Source: a virus (Duplodnaviria; Caudoviricetes). From it: a stretch of 57,072 nucleotides of DNA. How positions within the stretch are numbered: the first letter of the stretch is position 1; the number at the start of each line of letters is the position of its first letter. Where the stretch lies: positions 1 through 57,072 of IMG/VR virus record IMGVR_UViG_3300049485_000050; one strand, 5' to 3'. Below the pieces are notes generated by a model. That model was given only the letters and a program-made list of their open reading frames with translations. It made no database searches and was not told the origin of the DNA. Positions 18,550 to 27,877 of the stretch are shown here, in pieces. The translations under genes were made by a program, and so were the position numbers.

Positions 18550-19544
18550 GACAGCGCCTCCAGCTTGGCGATACCTGCAACAATCGTTGCAACCTTCTCA
18601 GACTGCGCAACAGCATCAGCCAGCAGTGAGTATTCGAAAGCCCTGTCGTCTACAAAACCGGCAGTCTTTTGCAGGGTTTCAAAATTGTAAGTCATAGCAG
18701 GCATGCGCATGCTGCGACGCAATTCGGTCAACAGCGGCGCTACACGTTCACCATGCAGCGCAGCAGCGTTCTTCTCGAATGTAGAAAAAGGTACGTCTTG
18801 GTAAATACGCGCAAAGCGACGCTTGAGCGTCTGAAGCGTATCTCCGTAGACCATTTCACTTGCCATTTTTTCATGGCGGAGATGGTCGAGGGTTTTGCGC
18901 ACTGTACGCCGATCTACTTCGCGATGACGCTCGCTCGCCGTTTTAATAGGTTCAAAAGAATCGTTTATATGCTTGCGCATCGCTAACAACGCATGATTGT
19001 CGTGGTTAGGAAACTGAGATTTAGCTAAATCCAAACTCCGCGTATACTTATTGTCAGGAGCGTTAGCTAGATCATTATGGCGGTGCATAAACATGAGATC
19101 ATCATCTGAGACCTGCTTCTTACCCATCAGGCTGAAGTTACGATCGTCATCATCGTAGTAGCCTTTATGTGCATCAAAGGCATCTAGTGCAGCTTGTTTT
19201 ATCGAAGTCTCTTCGCGAAGAGAACGATACTCTGAGAAATAAGCTACGGCGTTAGCAGGCTCCGACACTGCCGCTTCTTTGATATTGTCGGCAAACACTT
19301 GATCTGCATCCGCGACATCGAATTCAACAATACGATCTGAAGCGGTTTTGTCTTTCGACTGGAATAACTTATTGAACGTCGTATTGTTGGAGCTCTCACA
19401 GAGTCTACGGACTTGCTCTTGCGACATATCCATAGACGACGCCAGCTTGCGAATGCTGTCGTTCAGCGGTATTTTCTGTTGGACTAGATCGTCAGAAATG
19501 GCCTCAGCCATTTTCTTGTAATCATTTTCAGTAATATGTGCCAT
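18546..19544 (-). CDS. Hypothetical virion-associated protein
   Basis: Coupled ORF with ten K-x-A motifs. Confidence 0.6.
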   Translation of the reverse strand: MAHITENDYKKMAEAISDDLVQQKIPLNDSIRKLASSMDMSQEQVRRLCESSNNTTFNKLFQSKDKTASDRIVEFDVADADQVFADNIKEAAVSEPANAVAYFSEYRSLREETSIKQAALDAFDAHKGYYDDDDRNFSLMGKKQVSDDDLMFMHRHNDLANAPDNKYTRSLDLAKSQFPNHDNHALLAMRKHINDSFEPIKTASERHREVDRRTVRKTLDHLRHEKMASEMVYGDTLQTLKRRFARIYQDVPFSTFEKNAAALHGERVAPLLTELRRSMRMPAMTYNFETLQKTAGFVDDRAFEYSLLADAVAQSEKVATIVAGIAKLEALS

Positions 19545-20263
19545 CAGTGCACCACCTTATCCGCGCCGAGGTCATCGACAGTACGGTTACCGCGCGTCTC
19601 TTCAAACTTGATGTGAAGACTCTCGGCGTCTTCATCACGCAGGTTGTCGTTGCCGAGGATAGCTCGGGCACACTCCAGCGATATTTTAGCGTACTTTGCA
19701 GCCTCGCGCGCTAGCTTGCCTGTAATAAGCTGACCGCGATGTTCCATCGATCTGAAGTACGCATCAGTCATGATTGTCTTCACGACATCTTGCGCAGGGA
19801 CTTCGCCTTTATTACGGCAGAATTGCCACTGCAAGGCGCCTAGTCCTTGGTGGTAAGCAATTCGGTAGTACGCTTTGTACGGGTGGTCTTCAGGTATTTC
19901 CTGCATGAACACGATGAGCTCAAGCTCTGTGCGAAACACACCTGTATCGAAGAAAATATGCCTGTAGAAGCTCACTTCTTCGGGTGGCATGGACAGCGCT
20001 TCCGCCACTGCGAAGTCATTCTTGGATGCAATCAAAAATGACTCAAGAATGCTGCGGATAGAATCCGTCCTAAATACTAGGATCGGGTAATTAACTATCT
20101 CGTCTATGCTATGGCTCGACGACCATGGCCGCAATGGACAGAGTTTATTCAAAGCTTCTGCGCCATGAAACGCTACGTACAGAGACCGCTCACTGTCGGT
20201 GTCTGGTACGCAGCGCTTCTGCGCAAAGGCTTCGTATCGGTGACGCGGGTTAGGCGATCGCAT
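19544..20263 (-). CDS. Hypothetical protein
   Basis: 239-aa ORF coupled to both neighbours. Confidence 0.6.
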   Translation of the reverse strand: MRSPNPRHRYEAFAQKRCVPDTDSERSLYVAFHGAEALNKLCPLRPWSSSHSIDEIVNYPILVFRTDSIRSILESFLIASKNDFAVAEALSMPPEEVSFYRHIFFDTGVFRTELELIVFMQEIPEDHPYKAYYRIAYHQGLGALQWQFCRNKGEVPAQDVVKTIMTDAYFRSMEHRGQLITGKLAREAAKYAKISLECARAILGNDNLRDEDAESLHIKFEETRGNRTVDDLGADKVVH

Positions 20264-23200
20264 TCGTGTCTAACATTGTTGAATTGTGCGTCATCGACAG
20301 CACAAGTTTACCTAGACCTTGGAACGTATCACGCATTTGCGTCTCTAACTCGATATATGTAGTCTCACCCAGTTGTTCTTTGATCTGGGATTCCTGCATA
20401 TAGAGCGTGAGCAGCGTACGTCCCAAGTCGTCAATACTTGACTCAAGGTTCGAAGCGTACTGCGACGTCAAGCCCTTTAACGTGCCGTTGCGCGCGAGCG
20501 AAGCGATTGTACCCGCGTCAAACGCGCCAGTTTCGTGCATATCCCCTGCATTCTCTAGAAACGCAGGGTTAATCTGCGAAGCAATCTCTTCAGACGACGG
20601 TTGCTCCGTGCGCATAATGGGATATTGCGGCTCTTGTTGCGCATTGGGATCTGCGTTTGGGTCCATACCCATTGCTGGATCCATGCCTTCAGGCATCCCT
20701 TGCATGCCAGGGTCGCTGCCCATTTGCGAAGGGTCTTGCTGCATACCGGGGTCTTGCGGCATGGCCGGCGCAGGCATTCCATCTTGCGCGGGGTCAGCCG
20801 GTTGCCCCGTCTCAATTTCTTGCGCACGCTGTTGAACAGTAGTCAGCACGTCAAGCTGTGCTTGCAGAGCAGTCATCTGTTCTTGCAGGCTCTGCATTGA
20901 TTCCGAAAAAGCCTGGTCAACTGCCGAGGGTTGTGATGCTGCTGGCGCAGCAGGAGCCTGCTGCATAGCAGGGGGCATGCCGGGTGGCGCAGCTTGCGGG
21001 GCAGGTGCAGCAGGTACCGGTTGCTGCATAGCCGGTGGACCGCCCATCGGGGTTTGCGGCGCTGCTTCGCCTTGTGCAATTTTAATGCGGTATTTGAGAC
21101 TTTGATACGTAGAGGGCGTTACGATATACGAACGACATACGCCCGTATGCGACGCAATTTTCAACATTGCTTCGGCAGCAGACGCGTGTACTTTGTAGCG
21201 TGAAGCAATCTTAAAGATAGCTTCCTTTTTCGTATCAGTACGGTCGCCGTCTACGGAATACATGCTCTCGCCAGCATCGCGAACAACAGCCTCGTGGACG
21301 CCCATCGAGCCCAACGCGTCGAGTACGATATGGCTCAACGCGTCCGCTGTTCGCAGGAAATCCTCAGCAGGCTTATCGTCCTTTAGACTGACCCACTTCC
21401 AGCTAGCCGGAATAACCACGAGATTCTGGTCGCGCAATTTCATCGGGCGATTACCCGGAGAGCGCGGGTCCATCACGAAGGCTTTGGCTCCCCAACCTCC
21501 TTCATTACTGATCTTGCCGCGCACCACACCGTCAGTGCCTACGGAGAGCTCAGTAATTTCTACAGGCTTGGTGCCGTGATACTGCGCGCCGCGCTTAGAG
21601 ATAAACGCGCCGGTACCCTTAGAAGGCTTGGCAGTTCCCTCTGTGAGTACAGCTTTGTACACGCCTGAACCCTTTAGGAAGTTCTCGGATACCTGTTCGC
21701 CCATGAGCTGGTTTGTCATCACGTAATTGCCGTCTTCGAGAATGGCAAGACGGCTATATTTGTGCGAGCGTTCGATATCGCGTCCGTTACAGTCAAAACC
21801 GTACAAGCTCTCAGGCTCTTTGTTGTACGTGGTCTTGGGGACCTTGTTTTGTAGGCGCTTAACGCGACTGTCTTCCTTGGGAAAAGTAAAGCGATCTTCG
21901 CTTAGAAGATCAAACGGCTCAGTAATTACCAATGCGCCTGTAGGAGCGCCCTTGGTTGTGTAGAGCCTGTAAGGTCCCGAAGACAGCGTGTCTTGGAAAT
22001 GCTGGTACTTTTGTACTTGCACAGCCAAGTTGAGCGAAGGACGTGTATCTTTAAAGTAATAACCCCGCATCAGAACGCCGTTAAACGCTTCAGGTGCAGC
22101 TTCACCGAAAAGGTCGGTGTATTCTTTCGCGCGCGTCGCTTTATCCGCGATATACAGCGCACCGCCCGTATGCGAAACACCGGCAGTCTTGTGCGTCAGC
22201 GCTTTGATAAGCTGCTGTTCGCCGTAGAGCTCTGCAGCCTTTTTTAGTAGGCGTGGATTCGCGTCCAGTACTTTCGCGAATCCTTCTTTGACCTGATTAG
22301 GCGCCTTTTCTAGAAATTCAACGAGCTTAGGCGCATACGCCTTAGACTTCTGCGCATGCTTGAGCATTGAGGTAATGCCGTCCTCGTACGACGCATATCG
22401 CGACATCGCAGACATAGGGTTGGCGAGCGCTGAAAGCGCGCTGCCCACAAAACCGGGCTGCTGTTGGCCTGTGTAAGGGTCGACTTCCTTTTCCCGAGTA
22501 TTCATAATTCCGCCAAGAGCCGCGCCTGTGTAGCGTCCGGCGGCCTGCCCGAGTCCGGGGGATATATTACCGCCTGATTGGATAGCTCCTTGGCGGCCAA
22601 TTATCGCGCCGATAGGTCCGGCCAATGCGCCGCCTAACCCACCGCGAGCCGCAACGCCTGGAGCATCGCGCCAGTCTTCCCAGTCAGCGGTCATGAGACC
22701 TGAGCCGGCACCCGTCAGTCCGCCACGCACGGCGTTCGACACACCCTCATCGACCATTTGTCCAAGAGTGCGCACCGTTTCTGGATTGATGTTCGGCATG
22801 TTAAGCGATGCCGTAGTTGTCATGCCTTGCGGTTGTGCCGATGCAGCTGCAGGCGCTTGCGGCGCCCTTCCCTGTTGCGGCATTTGTTGCTGCTGCGCGC
22901 CGGCAGGAGCCATACCCTGTTGAGCTGCAGCGGTTGCTGCGTTAGGGTCTTGCATCATTTCCCACGTCTTAGTGTGGGATTTGTACATCTTGGCTAGTGT
23001 CTCTACGTCAAGCGCGTTGTTGTCAAGCGCCTGTCCCGGAGACATTTGTTGCGTGCGCTGAAACTGCTCAACGAACGTCGCCCAGATCTCAGGATTAAAT
23101 TCGGAAGGCTGGCCCGGAACCCCTGCGCCGGTACCTGGGAAAGGTCCGATAGCAATCTTGGTGAGTTTGCGGCCCAGCGGTTCTGTCGAAGACGCTTCGA

Positions 23201-23690
23201 GCCAGTTGCGCGGAGACACCGCGCTGGCGTAGCTGTAGCGACCGGTAGTCGGGGGCACCATCAGGTTGCGAATATCTACGTCAGTCGCGACCGTGTCGGG
23301 CAACTTCGCGCCGTCGCCCATTGACGAAATAGTACTTTTATTTACTTCCTCTAACCAATCGTTGTTGAGCGGAAGGAAAATATCTTGATCCTTCACGTAC
23401 ATCAAATCGAAAGGTTTGAGCTCATTTTCAGAGAGAACAACAGGTACGTAAATATAACTGCCTTCTTGCTCGATAATAAACGCGCCTACGCCCGTACCCA
23501 TCTCCGTGTCGGAATCGAGCATCTTGAACGTAACAATCTCAGGAACAAGATCCGGGAATTTACCAGAGAAAGCCTGATAGGCCATCTGACCAAACTTATC
23601 CTCAAAGATTTGTTTCTCGTCCTCGGCAGACGGCATAGCTTGCTGCGAGTTGATCGCAGGTGAAAATAAGGCGTTTTTTCGGTATGCCAT
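20250..23690 (-). CDS. Large modular probable internal head protein
   Basis: 1146 aa; globular blocks alternate with Q/P/M/A-rich linkers and a glycine-zipper block; KIA, KTAG, KIAS and KIAQ sites. Confidence 0.6.
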   Translation of the reverse strand: MAYRKNALFSPAINSQQAMPSAEDEKQIFEDKFGQMAYQAFSGKFPDLVPEIVTFKMLDSDTEMGTGVGAFIIEQEGSYIYVPVVLSENELKPFDLMYVKDQDIFLPLNNDWLEEVNKSTISSMGDGAKLPDTVATDVDIRNLMVPPTTGRYSYASAVSPRNWLEASSTEPLGRKLTKIAIGPFPGTGAGVPGQPSEFNPEIWATFVEQFQRTQQMSPGQALDNNALDVETLAKMYKSHTKTWEMMQDPNAATAAAQQGMAPAGAQQQQMPQQGRAPQAPAAASAQPQGMTTTASLNMPNINPETVRTLGQMVDEGVSNAVRGGLTGAGSGLMTADWEDWRDAPGVAARGGLGGALAGPIGAIIGRQGAIQSGGNISPGLGQAAGRYTGAALGGIMNTREKEVDPYTGQQQPGFVGSALSALANPMSAMSRYASYEDGITSMLKHAQKSKAYAPKLVEFLEKAPNQVKEGFAKVLDANPRLLKKAAELYGEQQLIKALTHKTAGVSHTGGALYIADKATRAKEYTDLFGEAAPEAFNGVLMRGYYFKDTRPSLNLAVQVQKYQHFQDTLSSGPYRLYTTKGAPTGALVITEPFDLLSEDRFTFPKEDSRVKRLQNKVPKTTYNKEPESLYGFDCNGRDIERSHKYSRLAILEDGNYVMTNQLMGEQVSENFLKGSGVYKAVLTEGTAKPSKGTGAFISKRGAQYHGTKPVEITELSVGTDGVVRGKISNEGGWGAKAFVMDPRSPGNRPMKLRDQNLVVIPASWKWVSLKDDKPAEDFLRTADALSHIVLDALGSMGVHEAVVRDAGESMYSVDGDRTDTKKEAIFKIASRYKVHASAAEAMLKIASHTGVCRSYIVTPSTYQSLKYRIKIAQGEAAPQTPMGGPPAMQQPVPAAPAPQAAPPGMPPAMQQAPAAPAASQPSAVDQAFSESMQSLQEQMTALQAQLDVLTTVQQRAQEIETGQPADPAQDGMPAPAMPQDPGMQQDPSQMGSDPGMQGMPEGMDPAMGMDPNADPNAQQEPQYPIMRTEQPSSEEIASQINPAFLENAGDMHETGAFDAGTIASLARNGTLKGLTSQYASNLESSIDDLGRTLLTLYMQESQIKEQLGETTYIELETQMRDTFQGLGKLVLSMTHNSTMLDTNAIA

Positions 23691-23693
23691 TGT

Positions 23694-23876
23694 CTACCTG
23701 GGGTTTATAATCTTTGGTGGCCGTATCGTAGCAGTCTGCATCGGCTTTCGTGCAGGTAGTTCTACGCTACTAGGGCTTTCGGCATTAAACGGGGAAAAGC
23801 CCGGAACTCCCATAGCTTGTCCAAGTTTTTCTTGGATAAGTAGAAGTCCGAGCTTTAGTGCGGCCGTAGAGACCAT
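23694..23876 (-). CDS. Small hypothetical protein
   Basis: Fills the gap between two minus-strand genes; degenerate G-x6-KLG motif. Confidence 0.5.
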   Translation of the reverse strand: MVSTAALKLGLLLIQEKLGQAMGVPGFSPFNAESPSSVELPARKPMQTATIRPPKIINPR

Positions 23877-23882
23877 GGTTGA

Positions 23883-25136
23883 TTACGCGTTCAGGTTCTG
23901 GAGACGTGTGCGCAGTACAGATAGCGATCCCATCTTGGATTCCGAGGACTCTTCTTTCTTCTGCATGAAAGCAGGAAGTGAAGGGCCTTTATCGTTTGCC
24001 TTGCCATCCCGCTTTGCGTTCTCTGAAGTAGCGCACTCAGCTTCGGCGGTCTTACGGAAGTGATCGCGGATTGAAGCAGCCGCTTCCTTCTTTGAACCCA
24101 TCGAAGAGTAAAGCGTTTCCAGATACTCCGCACGCTCTGGGACATCGAGACCCATCATAGCGCGCACGTGCGCAACCTTCTGTGTCTCAGGCATGCGCTC
24201 GGGAAGATACGGCACGACCTGCTCGGCCGTCTGCGTGAATACTCGATCAAAAGCATTTTTGGTCTGCTCGGTGATCGAATTACTACCACCGTCCGTGGCG
24301 CCCGGCATAAGCGGATGCGGCATTTCGCGACCGACAACTGCGCCAGACGGAATAGTCATTTCTGTGTTTCCGACACCGCGCTCGCCCATGCTGGCGTACC
24401 CTTCGGGACGGCGATTGAGCTCTTGTGCTGCTTCAGCGTTGTCAGCAGCAGCCGATGGCAAGTCGTTCGGATTACCGCCACCTGTGATTAGCGAGCCCGT
24501 ATCTGCTGCTTGCTTTCGCGAAACACGACGAACGATATCTGTAAACGAACCAGACTTTGCGGTCTGCTCAGTTACGGAATTTGAACCGCCATCGGTTGCT
24601 CCCGGTGCGACAGGGGAGCGTTGTTCGGTACCGACAGTGCCTTCGCCTTTGCCTTCCCAGTTACCGACGCCGCGTTCACCGAGATTCGCGTAGTTCTCGG
24701 GGCGGCGCTGCGCTTCAAGCGCAGCTTCAGCGTTGTCTGCGGCTGCACCGGGCATGTCATTCGGATCGCCGCCACCTTGATAAAGCGAACCGGTCTCAGC
24801 TGCGGATTTCTCCATGAGCGACCAAGCGTCACCTTGCGCGACTGCGACGGGGGTAGCGTCTTGAGCCGTTTTAGTAACGGACGGGCTATACTGATTTCCC
24901 GCTTGCTCGCACTGATATTCAGCCGCTTTGACGAGATTTTCGCAGAGAAAACCCGCGACCTTCATGTCGAGTTGGTCGCCATTCAGGTAAGGGTCAGGCA
25001 TTCCCGACTTATCAGCGATGTAATCCGCTGAAGCATCCGCCGCTTCCTTCGACGGGTAGACCACGACACCTTCGCGGATTAATTGCGCGTTCAGGCCCCG
25101 GACGAAGGCGCGCTTGAAAAGCGGTGAAATCGACAT
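23883..25136 (-). CDS. Probable internal head protein with two ~85-aa repeats
   Basis: AGGAG RBS; duplicated K.AA.TGSL..GGG.PND.P.AAADNAEAA...RRPE.YA..GERGVGN...PGATDGGSNS.TEQT. Confidence 0.65.
   Translation of the reverse strand: MSISPLFKRAFVRGLNAQLIREGVVVYPSKEAADASADYIADKSGMPDPYLNGDQLDMKVAGFLCENLVKAAEYQCEQAGNQYSPSVTKTAQDATPVAVAQGDAWSLMEKSAAETGSLYQGGGDPNDMPGAAADNAEAALEAQRRPENYANLGERGVGNWEGKGEGTVGTEQRSPVAPGATDGGSNSVTEQTAKSGSFTDIVRRVSRKQAADTGSLITGGGNPNDLPSAAADNAEAAQELNRRPEGYASMGERGVGNTEMTIPSGAVVGREMPHPLMPGATDGGSNSITEQTKNAFDRVFTQTAEQVVPYLPERMPETQKVAHVRAMMGLDVPERAEYLETLYSSMGSKKEAAASIRDHFRKTAEAECATSENAKRDGKANDKGPSLPAFMQKKEESSESKMGSLSVLRTRLQNLNA
24252..24809 (-). repeat. Intragenic tandem duplication (about 24558-24809 and 24261-24515)
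   Basis: Two protein-level repeats, also visible in DNA (e.g. GCTTCAGCGTTGTC occurs twice). Confidence 0.85.
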
Positions 25137-25168
25137 ATGTACCCTGCTCCTATAGCGGTAATGCGTTT

Positions 25169-25197
25169 AATATAGTGCGGTTGATTCTGCGGCCCAA
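25169..25197 (-). promoter_or_regulatory. sigma70-type promoter
   Basis: Minus strand TTGGGC-17 nt-TATATT upstream of 25136. Confidence 0.5.
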
Positions 25198-25211
25198 GGC
25201 TTTAGTTCGGA

Positions 25212-27023
25212 TTAGTACTGGCCATCTTGGCCTTCACCGAATTCAGAACTAAAGATGATGCCCGGTACGGGGCTGAGACTGTGAATGTCTGCGGTTTGCC
25301 CCTTCTGGGCCGCATCCAATATAGACTGTTTCAAGTAACGGTGCCCCAAACGTACAAGCCAGTCGGGGTTTAGTAAAGGATTTCTCGTAGCGGGTTGCAG
25401 GATTGGCGAAACAATCGGGGCTTTAAAACCTGTCTGGATCTTTGAGTAGCCCGCTTCCTTTAGTTCGTCGATCATAGGCTGCGAGATACGCGTGCCGATG
25501 AGATGGTGCAGCGCCCCCTCTGCGAGATACTTGCCCTCAGAGGAATCGATAGGTGTGTGCACAGATTTACTGCCGGCTATGTTACGCAACTTGTTGTATT
25601 CAATTACATCACCGCGTACTAAACCGTGTTCTGCGGAGTCCTCGTCATCTACGTCCTCTATGCGCACGTGATTGAGCGTAGATTTAGCGAGTACTTCAAA
25701 GTGACGGCGATCTACGTGCACGCCACTGCCTTGGTAAATATCGCTTAATTTATTTACGATGTAGTTACGTCCAGCACCGAGCCCCTTGTGCTCTACGACT
25801 TCACCAGGCTTCGGCACACCCTCGGATAGTGCATCGCCTGCATGCACTTTATCTCCAACTTTGACGATGGGTTTGAGCCCGGACATTACGTAAACGCGAT
25901 CAGTATTTACAGTAACAAAGTAACCGCCCTGAGGAGCCGTTACGATTTCTTTTACGGTGCCAGTAACCGGTGCGAGAGTCGCCTTGTTTTTGAAAGACGC
26001 AGGTGATTCGATAATCATGCGGAAACCTTCGAGGCCTCCGATATCTAGCGGGTTAGAGCCTGACATGCGTACGCCGTGCTTTGCGTTGAGCGCAAGCTGC
26101 GTGAGGGGCTCGCCTAGTGCCTGGCTAGCACGAATACCTACGTTCTCACCGACAGGATTGAGCTTGCCTGAAGTATTTAAACCCATGCATTTCTGACAAA
26201 CGCCGCGAGCTGCTTCGCATGTCATAGGTGAACGGACGATGATGTACTCTATCTTTGCCTTTTGAAGCAATGATACGATACGAGGGGCAATCAGCGTGTT
26301 TCGTGTAAATTCTCCAACGGCAACAGCTAGGAACCGATCTATAATGGCAGAGTTAGCGACTGCCATACGTAGACCATTTTTGGTCCCACAGTCAGGCATA
26401 GTAATAACTTGATCGTTCGTATTATTGACGAGAATTTTCGAGAGATCGCCAGGTTCGCTAACTTCAATGGTCCCCTTAGCTGCGGCCATGCGCGCTTCTT
26501 TGTTATTCGCCCACCACTCTGAAGGACGCAAGCCTTCTGAGTAACTGTGCGTAGTCAGCCATGCTTGAACATTATCATGCTCGTCGTTACTTGCAGCAGG
26601 AGCGCCAACCGCGCGCATTAATTGGAGTGGACTTCCACGAGACCCCGACCGTGCCATCTCGCCCATGGTTCCTGGGTGGTTCATGGCGTATGCAAGCAAC
26701 TTATCCTGCGTGTCCCGGATAATTACGTGCTTTTGTGCGTCGGTCGTACTTGCTTTGATTTTAGCTAATGCGGGTCGCGTAATTGCATTGCGTTCTTTGT
26801 ACAGCGGTGCAATGTCGTCGAGGCCTACAGAGATACCCATGCTCGTAGAAAAATCATCTCCGAGTTTCTTCACTTTGGTGATGGTTTTTACGTACTGAAC
26901 GGGGTCATCTTTAGCGAGCCTCAGCATATTCTGAAACAGGTCTTTTTTTGTGTAAATGCCCTTAGGACGATATTCGCTGGGAATAGCGCCATCCAACAAA
27001 TAATGTCCTAGGGTTTTTGGCAT
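25212..27023 (-). CDS. rpoC: Phage RNA polymerase beta' subunit, C-terminal half
   Basis: GISVGLDDI, MARSGSRGS, SYSEGL, bridge-helix region to DCGT, VRSPMTC..GVCQKCMG, trigger loop GENVGIRASQALGEPLTQLALNAKH, VDRRHFEV. Confidence 0.92.
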   Translation of the reverse strand: MPKTLGHYLLDGAIPSEYRPKGIYTKKDLFQNMLRLAKDDPVQYVKTITKVKKLGDDFSTSMGISVGLDDIAPLYKERNAITRPALAKIKASTTDAQKHVIIRDTQDKLLAYAMNHPGTMGEMARSGSRGSPLQLMRAVGAPAASNDEHDNVQAWLTTHSYSEGLRPSEWWANNKEARMAAAKGTIEVSEPGDLSKILVNNTNDQVITMPDCGTKNGLRMAVANSAIIDRFLAVAVGEFTRNTLIAPRIVSLLQKAKIEYIIVRSPMTCEAARGVCQKCMGLNTSGKLNPVGENVGIRASQALGEPLTQLALNAKHGVRMSGSNPLDIGGLEGFRMIIESPASFKNKATLAPVTGTVKEIVTAPQGGYFVTVNTDRVYVMSGLKPIVKVGDKVHAGDALSEGVPKPGEVVEHKGLGAGRNYIVNKLSDIYQGSGVHVDRRHFEVLAKSTLNHVRIEDVDDEDSAEHGLVRGDVIEYNKLRNIAGSKSVHTPIDSSEGKYLAEGALHHLIGTRISQPMIDELKEAGYSKIQTGFKAPIVSPILQPATRNPLLNPDWLVRLGHRYLKQSILDAAQKGQTADIHSLSPVPGIIFSSEFGEGQDGQY

Positions 27024-27281
27024 TTAAACGCCCCCGGCGCGCGGCAAGCCCATCTGGTAATTACGAGTTCCCGCATCGCCTGATTCCAGCGAATTCTGGC
27101 CGCTCCACGCGGGAGTCTTGTCGACGTTCTTCGCAATGGCCGGAGGGTTTGCCGCACCATTCGGATTTTCACTATCTACATCTGTTTGATCTTGCTCTGC
27201 GAATTCAGCGAAAGTATCCGCAGACATGCCTAGTTTTATTAGAGCCTGTCGGGCGCCATACGTGTAATAAGTATTCGGCAT
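27024..27281 (-). CDS. Small probable internal head protein
   Basis: MPNTYYTYGARQALIKLGM shared N-terminal motif. Confidence 0.6.
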   Translation of the reverse strand: MPNTYYTYGARQALIKLGMSADTFAEFAEQDQTDVDSENPNGAANPPAIAKNVDKTPAWSGQNSLESGDAGTRNYQMGLPRAGGV

Positions 27282-27667
27282 TAGGGCTTATCCTTTCCCG
27301 TATATACCCGGTCTAAGTTGAGGCGAGCGTCTACGAGCACGCCTATGTAATCGCGGCTCTTCTCTGCTATTTTATTTTCCCTCAGCGTTCGTATTACAAA
27401 ATCAACCGCAATAGCGTGTTTATCTGCGCTCGTTATTGGCGGTTGTTTTAGTTTTAACGCCTTGCGACTTTGTTCCTGTGCATAGGCGATACCTTTCATA
27501 ATAGCGTCGTCGAGCAACGTAGTATGTTGCTCTGTTACTGTCACACCCGTACGCTTTGCAAATTCTCGTGTGAACTTATGTGCGAGCATAATAGCTATAG
27601 GTGTAATAATAATGACTAGCGTCTGTAGGATAAAGTCTAGGATCATTTTTGTAGATGTCGTATCCAT
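27281..27667 (-). CDS. Putative holin (LL-H-like)
   Basis: One N-terminal TM helix, then AIMKGIAYAQE...K..IAVDF...LVDARL, a pattern like LL-H family holins; AAGGA RBS. Confidence 0.5.
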   Translation of the reverse strand: MDTTSTKMILDFILQTLVIIITPIAIMLAHKFTREFAKRTGVTVTEQHTTLLDDAIMKGIAYAQEQSRKALKLKQPPITSADKHAIAVDFVIRTLRENKIAEKSRDYIGVLVDARLNLDRVYTGKDKP

Positions 27668-27682
27668 AAATTAATCCTTTAG

Positions 27683-27877
27683 TTAGTCTTGTAACGTGTA
27701 ATCATCGGAAACCAAACCGCCCGCGGGTAGTCCATTCATAGCTTGAATTTTCAAATCTTTTTGACGCTGCAACTCACGCCGACGAGCCATAAATGCCGGC
27801 AAATCTTCAGGGTCTAACGCATCCAAAAAGCCGAGTTTATGTAGAGCAGCGCGCTTACCTGCGGTATAACTAAACAC
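27683..27877 (-). CDS. Small probable internal head protein
   Basis: GTG 27877 after GAGGAG gives MFSYTAGKRAALHKLGF (shared motif). Confidence 0.6.
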   Translation of the reverse strand: MFSYTAGKRAALHKLGFLDALDPEDLPAFMARRRELQRQKDLKIQAMNGLPAGGLVSDDYTLQD

